In this document: piece by piece, positions 58,880-64,000 of the stretch
Layout: every line of letters begins with the position of its first letter
How positions within the stretch are numbered: position 1 is the stretch's first letter
Assembly (NCBI GenBank): GCA_018238625.1
Contig: JABCSY010000001.1
Coordinates: forward strand, 32,001-96,000
DNA from: Promethearchaeota archaeon
GTDB taxonomy: Archaea > Asgardarchaeota > Lokiarchaeia > Sigyniarchaeales > SOKP01
Direction: 5' to 3'
DNA length: 64,000 nt
Position numbers and translations under genes: made by a program
Notes under the pieces: model-generated
What the model saw: the letters and a program-made list of their open reading frames with translations, nothing else
Told to the model about the DNA's origin: nothing
Databases searched by the model: none

Positions 58880-58995
58880 TTTCGATTTTATTAAATTTAA
58901 AAATTTTTTCTTATTTTTTTAATTCTTTGTAAAAATACTATAAAAAAAAATAAAATGGTTTAGAATTAAACTTGAGTTTAAATTCAAGCTAATCC

Positions 58996-59895
58996 TTATA
59001 GTGACACATGTTCTTGCTTTAGATGAAATATTTTTCTTGCTTCTTCACCTTGTGCTAGTTCTCTCCCGGCTATTTTTGCAACTTTAGCGGCCCATTCTAC
59101 TTGTTCCCACGAGCCTTTAGCTAACTCACCTGAAATGGCACGAGTGTTGTCCTCTAAACCAACACGGATATGTCCACCCCATGCAGCAGCACATAATCCC
59201 GCTTGAAATTGTTGCTTAGAAACGCCACAAACACTCCAGGTAGCATTCGAAGGCTTTAGATCGAGCATTAAAGCGAGATTTCTTGGCGTGAATGGAATTC
59301 CTCCAAGTACGCCCCATACATACTGGAAATGAAGCGGTTGGGTGAATGCACCTTCTTGTCTATTTAGGAAAAGCATACTATACATGCCTCCTAGGTCGTA
59401 AATTTCCATTTCCGGTTTAGTTCCAGCTTTTTTCATCTCTTTCGCAAATTTCGCAATAGTTTTAAATGTATTTGCGAAGATATTTCCGGCTCCCAAACCA
59501 ACTTTTCCTGTTCTGTAATCACCAACTGCGAAATTCATAGACGCAGTATTTAACGAAGCTAAAGGTGGTTTGAAGGTTTGAACCGGGGCTATTCTTTGTT
59601 TATCAGTAGCAACTGAACTAATTGCAGAACTTAAATTGATTATTACATCAGGTGCTTTTGATTTAATATTATCTAACACTGCTTTTATTAAATCTAACTC
59701 ATGCGTTGGATTACCCTTTTCGGGATGTCGAGCATGAATATGGACAATCGCAGCACCTGCATCGTAACATTTTTTCGCTTCGTCTCCAAACTCTTCTGCA
59801 GTATATGGAACATTTGGATTATTTTCCTTTGTTGTAATTGCACCAGCTAATGCTGCTGAAATGACTAACTTATTTTCTGGGTTCGATTCTGACAT
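58996..59895 (-). CDS. Beta-keto acid cleavage enzyme, tandem paralogue
   Basis: Same motifs; highly similar to the neighbouring copy. Confidence 0.92.
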   Translation of the reverse strand: MSESNPENKLVISAALAGAITTKENNPNVPYTAEEFGDEAKKCYDAGAAIVHIHARHPEKGNPTHELDLIKAVLDNIKSKAPDVIINLSSAISSVATDKQRIAPVQTFKPPLASLNTASMNFAVGDYRTGKVGLGAGNIFANTFKTIAKFAKEMKKAGTKPEMEIYDLGGMYSMLFLNRQEGAFTQPLHFQYVWGVLGGIPFTPRNLALMLDLKPSNATWSVCGVSKQQFQAGLCAAAWGGHIRVGLEDNTRAISGELAKGSWEQVEWAAKVAKIAGRELAQGEEARKIFHLKQEHVSL

Positions 59896-60187
59896 TTTTT
59901 ATACCTATTTTTAATAGTATGGATTGTAATAAATATCAATAATTTATTGTTGAATAAAAATTAAGTATCTTTCTATTTAAATTTTAAAAGTATTGTAATT
60001 CTCAAAAAATTTTGGTGTAAAAATTTCATTTGAGAGATTTACAAAATAGATCATAAAGCGATGCAAGATTATTAAAAATGATAATTTTCAAAAAATACTA
60101 TTGAAAATTTTTTATATCTAATTCAATAATTATGATTATAGCTTTTTAATAAATATTTTAAATAAAATAAAAAGGAAAAAAACAGAT

Positions 60188-61330
60188 ATGGATAAAGTAG
60201 GAATAGTTGGATGCGCACAAACTAAATATGAAGCAGATAAAATCGATCAACCTTACTCCGAACTTGTTTTTGAAGTTGTAAAAAAGCTTCACAACGAATT
60301 AGGAATTACTAACGACGATATAGGGTGTGTGATTACTAGTTCCAACGATTTTAACGATGGTAGAACGATCGCAAACATGGCTATACAAGATGCCGTAGGC
60401 TCTGTCAGAAAAGCAGAGTCTAGAGTCTCTGGAGATGGTGCTTTCGCTTATATTTACGGAGCAATGAGAATTTTGTCAGAGTCGTTCGATACAGTATTAG
60501 TAGTTTCACATTGTAAATGCTCTGAAGTTAACCAATACTTAGTAAACAATACTATTTTTGATCCTTATTATCAAAGACATTTAGGCTTAGACCAAATTTC
60601 ATCTGCTGGTTTAATGGCTAACATGTATATGAATAAATATGGTGTGACTGAAGACCAAGCTGCTAAAGTTGTAGTTAAAAATCGGAAAAATGCTCTCAAT
60701 AATCCTTATGCGCATTTACAGAAAGAAGTTACAATAGGCGATGTTCTTAATTCAAAGATGATGGCACATCCTTTAAAAGAATTAGATTTCCCTCCTTTCT
60801 CAGATGGTGCTGTGGCTATGCTATTAGCAAAAGAAGATATAGCTAAAAAGATGACAGACACGCCAGTTTGGCTTAAGGGTTATGGAAGTTGTACTGACGC
60901 GTATTACTTAGGCCATAGAAACATGACGGATTTGGTAGGTTTAGAATTAGCCGCGAAACAAGCTTATAAAATGGCGGGTATTACCGATCCTATTAAAGAA
61001 TTAGATGTTTGTGAAGTAAGCGAAAACTTCAGTACTCACGAATTAATGATTTACGAATCACTAGGTTTATGCGCCCCTGGAGAAGGTGGTAAATTTATAG
61101 AGGATGGGGAAACAGAAATGAATGGTTCTATTCCAGTAAATCCCTCTGGAGGAGTGTTATCAAGTAATCCTATCATGGCAAATGGTTTAATTAGAGTTGC
61201 TGAAATTGCGTTACAATTAAAGGGTAAAGCTGATAAAAGACAAGTTCCTAACGCAAAGACTGGTTTAGCTTATGGTATGAACGGGATCTGTTCTCAGGGA
61301 AACTGTGTATTAATATTTGGAGGTGAATGA
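60188..61330 (+). CDS. Thiolase-fold protein, Ltp4-like
   Basis: ESRVSGDGAFAY..RILS..DTVLV, no active-site Cys; VNPSGG. Confidence 0.8.
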   Translation: MDKVGIVGCAQTKYEADKIDQPYSELVFEVVKKLHNELGITNDDIGCVITSSNDFNDGRTIANMAIQDAVGSVRKAESRVSGDGAFAYIYGAMRILSESFDTVLVVSHCKCSEVNQYLVNNTIFDPYYQRHLGLDQISSAGLMANMYMNKYGVTEDQAAKVVVKNRKNALNNPYAHLQKEVTIGDVLNSKMMAHPLKELDFPPFSDGAVAMLLAKEDIAKKMTDTPVWLKGYGSCTDAYYLGHRNMTDLVGLELAAKQAYKMAGITDPIKELDVCEVSENFSTHELMIYESLGLCAPGEGGKFIEDGETEMNGSIPVNPSGGVLSSNPIMANGLIRVAEIALQLKGKADKRQVPNAKTGLAYGMNGICSQGNCVLIFGGE

Positions 61331-62499
61331 AAATGCCAAAACACGATGTTGCCGTTGTCGGCATAGGTCAAACTAAATTTAGAAGCAAGAGAAGAGATGT
61401 CAATATCCCTGAAATGGTATACGAAGCAGTTAAAATGGCTCTTGATGATGCTCAACTTGAACCTAAAGAGATAGATGCCATAATAATCGGGAATATGGAC
61501 CATTTTGAAGGGATCAATTTCTCTGAATTATTATGTGGAATTGAAGGTGCTCCTGGATATTTAAAACCGGTAGTTAAGGTTGCTACAGGTGGCACAACAG
61601 GTAGTTCCTTAGCTATATGTGGTTATCACAATGTTGCCTCAGGAATTTATGACAAGGTTTTAGTCGTTGGTTGGGAAAAATTAAACGAAGGTGGAGCTAC
61701 TACTGGTATAATAACAGCATTTGATCCTGTGTGGGAAAGACCCTCTTTAGCTGGTGCTCTCGGCCCACTAGCCCTTATGGCGGGTATGTATTCTGCCAAA
61801 TATGGAATAACACCAGAACAAGCAGCAAAAGTTACGGTGAAAAATAGGAGCAACGCGGCAAATAATCCATTTGCCCATTTACAGATGCCAAATATTACCA
61901 TTGATTACGTTATGAGCTCTCAAATGATATCGTATCCTTTAAGACTACACGATGTTTGCCCTCAAAGTGAAGGCGCTTGTGCTTTAATTTACGCTAATGA
62001 GGGAGAAACTAAAAAGATAACCGATAACCCCGCTTGGTTCCACGCGGTAGAAACCGCTCATTATTACACTTTTGGCACTGATGATAAGATGTATGACCTC
62101 CCTACAGCTACATTCGCGTCTAAGAAAGCCTATAAAAAAGCAGGCATTAAAAACCCCGTAAAGGATTTAGATGTAGCAGAAATCTATGAACCAACATCTT
62201 GGAGCGAACTATCATGGACTGAAGCGTTAGGATTTTGCAAACCTGGTGAAGGTGGAAAACTCTTAGACGAAGGAATAACATTAATGAGTGGAGAGTTTCC
62301 TGTCAACCCCTCAGGTGGCGTTTTAAGCACAAATCCTATTGGAGCTACAGCAATGGTGCGAGTAGCAGAAGCTGCAATTCAAGTAATGGGAAGGGGTGAG
62401 AAAAGACAAGTACCCGACGTAGAAAAAGCTCTCGCAATGGGATTTGGCGGAAGTCTTTGGACTGAAATTTTAATATTAGGAAAAGAACCTTTGAGGTGA
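61327..62499 (+). CDS. Thiolase-fold protein, Ltp3-like
   Basis: KPVVKVATGGTTG..SG.Y.KVLVVGWEK, AEIYEP, VNPSGGVLSTNPIGA. Confidence 0.8.
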   Translation: MKMPKHDVAVVGIGQTKFRSKRRDVNIPEMVYEAVKMALDDAQLEPKEIDAIIIGNMDHFEGINFSELLCGIEGAPGYLKPVVKVATGGTTGSSLAICGYHNVASGIYDKVLVVGWEKLNEGGATTGIITAFDPVWERPSLAGALGPLALMAGMYSAKYGITPEQAAKVTVKNRSNAANNPFAHLQMPNITIDYVMSSQMISYPLRLHDVCPQSEGACALIYANEGETKKITDNPAWFHAVETAHYYTFGTDDKMYDLPTATFASKKAYKKAGIKNPVKDLDVAEIYEPTSWSELSWTEALGFCKPGEGGKLLDEGITLMSGEFPVNPSGGVLSTNPIGATAMVRVAEAAIQVMGRGEKRQVPDVEKALAMGFGGSLWTEILILGKEPLR

Positions 62500-62503
62500 T
62501 ATT

Positions 62504-62992
62504 ATGAGTAAAAAAAAAGGTCAAGAAAAAGTATTTGAAATTAAATGGAAAACTAACTTACCCTATAGATATTCAATTGGCAAACTTGCAGTTAAATTTT
62601 TCGAGGAACTCAAGAAAAATAAAAAGATAATGGGAAGTAAATGCTCAAAATGTGGCAAGGTAAATTTTCCACCAAGAGCAGTTTGTGCCGATTGCATGGT
62701 TGAAATGACTGTCGACGATATGGTTGAATTACCCCCTAAAGGTACCTTGGAAGGTTTCACGGTAGTTAATTATCCTTTCACTGATCCTAACACTGGGGGG
62801 ATGCGCCCCTTTCCATATGGTTACGCACTATTTAAATTGGATGGCGCTGATACTTATACAATGCACTTTATTAACGAAACAGATCACACCAAGATGAAAG
62901 TTGGACAACGCGTTGAGGCCGTTTTTAAAGAAGAAAGAGAAGGTAACATAGGAGACATTATGTATTATAAAGTTATTAAAGAGGAGGGATAA
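62504..62992 (+). CDS. DUF35 Zn-ribbon/OB-fold protein
   Basis: CSKC..PPR..CADC, KLDGADT, GQRVEAVF. Confidence 0.9.
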   Translation: MSKKKGQEKVFEIKWKTNLPYRYSIGKLAVKFFEELKKNKKIMGSKCSKCGKVNFPPRAVCADCMVEMTVDDMVELPPKGTLEGFTVVNYPFTDPNTGGMRPFPYGYALFKLDGADTYTMHFINETDHTKMKVGQRVEAVFKEEREGNIGDIMYYKVIKEEG

Positions 62993-62995
62993 AAA

Positions 62996-63445
62996 ATGAG
63001 CCAAGAGATTGAGAAAAAAGTATTTAGAGGTAGAATTAAAGTACCTTATAAACACACTGCCGGAGCTTATGTTGAAAAATTTATTACCGAAATTGGAAAA
63101 AACAACAAAATCTTCGGCGTAAAATGCCCAAAATGCCAAAAAATTTACGTTCCTCCCAAAATGATTTGTTTCGAATGTTTCGAAAAAATGGAAGAATGGG
63201 TCGAAGTCGGAAACCAAGGAACCGTTAAAGGCTTTACTGTTATCACGCACTCAACACCAGTATTACCCTTAGAGCCACCTTTTGCTTATGGAATTATCAC
63301 GCTCGATGGGGCAGATACAGATTTTGTGCACATAATAAAAGAAAGCGATCCAAAAAAGCTGAAAATAGGTATGAGAGTAGAGGCTGTGTTTAAAGAGGCA
63401 CCACGAAAAAGAATATTGGATATAGAATATTTCAATCCAATATAA
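62996..63445 (+). CDS. DUF35 Zn-ribbon/OB-fold protein
   Basis: CPKC..PP..CFEC, LDGADT, GMRVEAVF. Confidence 0.9.
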   Translation: MSQEIEKKVFRGRIKVPYKHTAGAYVEKFITEIGKNNKIFGVKCPKCQKIYVPPKMICFECFEKMEEWVEVGNQGTVKGFTVITHSTPVLPLEPPFAYGIITLDGADTDFVHIIKESDPKKLKIGMRVEAVFKEAPRKRILDIEYFNPI

Positions 63446-63527
63446 GATAATTTATTTATAACTTTTTTTTATTTCTATTATTATTATATTAATTAGTTAA
63501 TGAATTGAATTTTAAAAGTGATAAAAG

Positions 63528-64000
63528 ATGGATAGTAATATTGTTTTAGTAGAGGAAAATGAAGAAAAAACGATAACTACGATCACCCTTAACCGGTTAG
63601 CTAAAAGAAATGCTATAAATTATGAAATGTTAATAGCATTTGAGAAAGCTCTAGATCGCATTGAACGCACTAACACTAGAGTTGTCATAATAACAGGTGG
63701 TGAGGATATTTTTAGTGCTGGTATCGATTTAAATTTTTTAACTGGACAAGAAAAAGATCCTGAAGGAGCCATTCCAGATTTAAAAATACCTCGCAATTTT
63801 AGATATTTTATGAATACTAGACTACAACCTGTTTTTACAAAAATTGAAAAAATGGAGAAACCCGTGATAGCTAAAATTAACGGCTACTGCTTCGGAATGG
63901 CGTTTGAATTAGCTTTAGCGTGTGATTTCCGGTTTTGTCGAGATTCTGCGATCTTTAGCCTACTAGAAACTAAGATGTCAATAAATCCAGATGTAGGGGG
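63528..64000 (+). CDS. Enoyl-CoA hydratase/isomerase, truncated by the window end
   Basis: Manual translation from ATG 63528: ITLNRLAKRNAI, VVIITG, FSAGIDL, KPVIAKINGYCFGMAFELALACDFR. Confidence 0.9.
   Translation, partial: MDSNIVLVEENEEKTITTITLNRLAKRNAINYEMLIAFEKALDRIERTNTRVVIITGGEDIFSAGIDLNFLTGQEKDPEGAIPDLKIPRNFRYFMNTRLQPVFTKIEKMEKPVIAKINGYCFGMAFELALACDFRFCRDSAIFSLLETKMSINPDVG

Noticed and set aside
58971-58988. Imperfect palindrome CTTGAGTTTAAATTCAAG between the BKACE genes
   Set aside because: Single short AT-rich occurrence; cannot be distinguished from chance or a weak terminator
1-64000. tRNA, rRNA, CRISPR arrays, IS elements
   Set aside because: Intergenic regions are short and very AT-rich; no cloverleaf, repeat-spacer pattern or transposase motif seen by eye

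Overview
AT-rich (roughly 30% GC by eye), gene-dense archaeal DNA, most consistent with an Asgard archaeon of the Lokiarchaeia type. The basis is a Rag-like GTPase with a roadblock-like tail, a eukaryote-like presenilin and MTAP, H4MPT C1 enzymes (mch, mtd, ftr), GGTGA-type Shine-Dalgarno sites and expanded beta-oxidation/thiolase genes. I saw no rRNA, tRNA, CRISPR array or mobile element. The most unusual region is 20.3-30.4 kb. On the minus strand, an ArsR-type wHTH is fused to a partly degenerate HdrA-MvhD, followed by a [NiFe]-hydrogenase whose large subunit lacks the C-terminal maturation peptide. Divergently there is an operon of two TraB/TIKI-like paralogues, an NAD(P)-type Mtd and a Cdc48, then a small gene matching only the helical insert of the first paralogue. 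That small gene and the operon share an identically spaced operator-like upstream element, and three consecutive proteins share an N-terminal ELxPxK peptide. I interpret this (inference) as a candidate H2/redox-sensing one-component regulator with its regulon. Other highlights are a Rag-like GTPase that appears to start at ATA next to a longin/uDENN-like gene, and an Ltp3/Ltp4-like Cys-less thiolase-fold + DUF35 cluster. All family calls come from motif recognition, not database searches.
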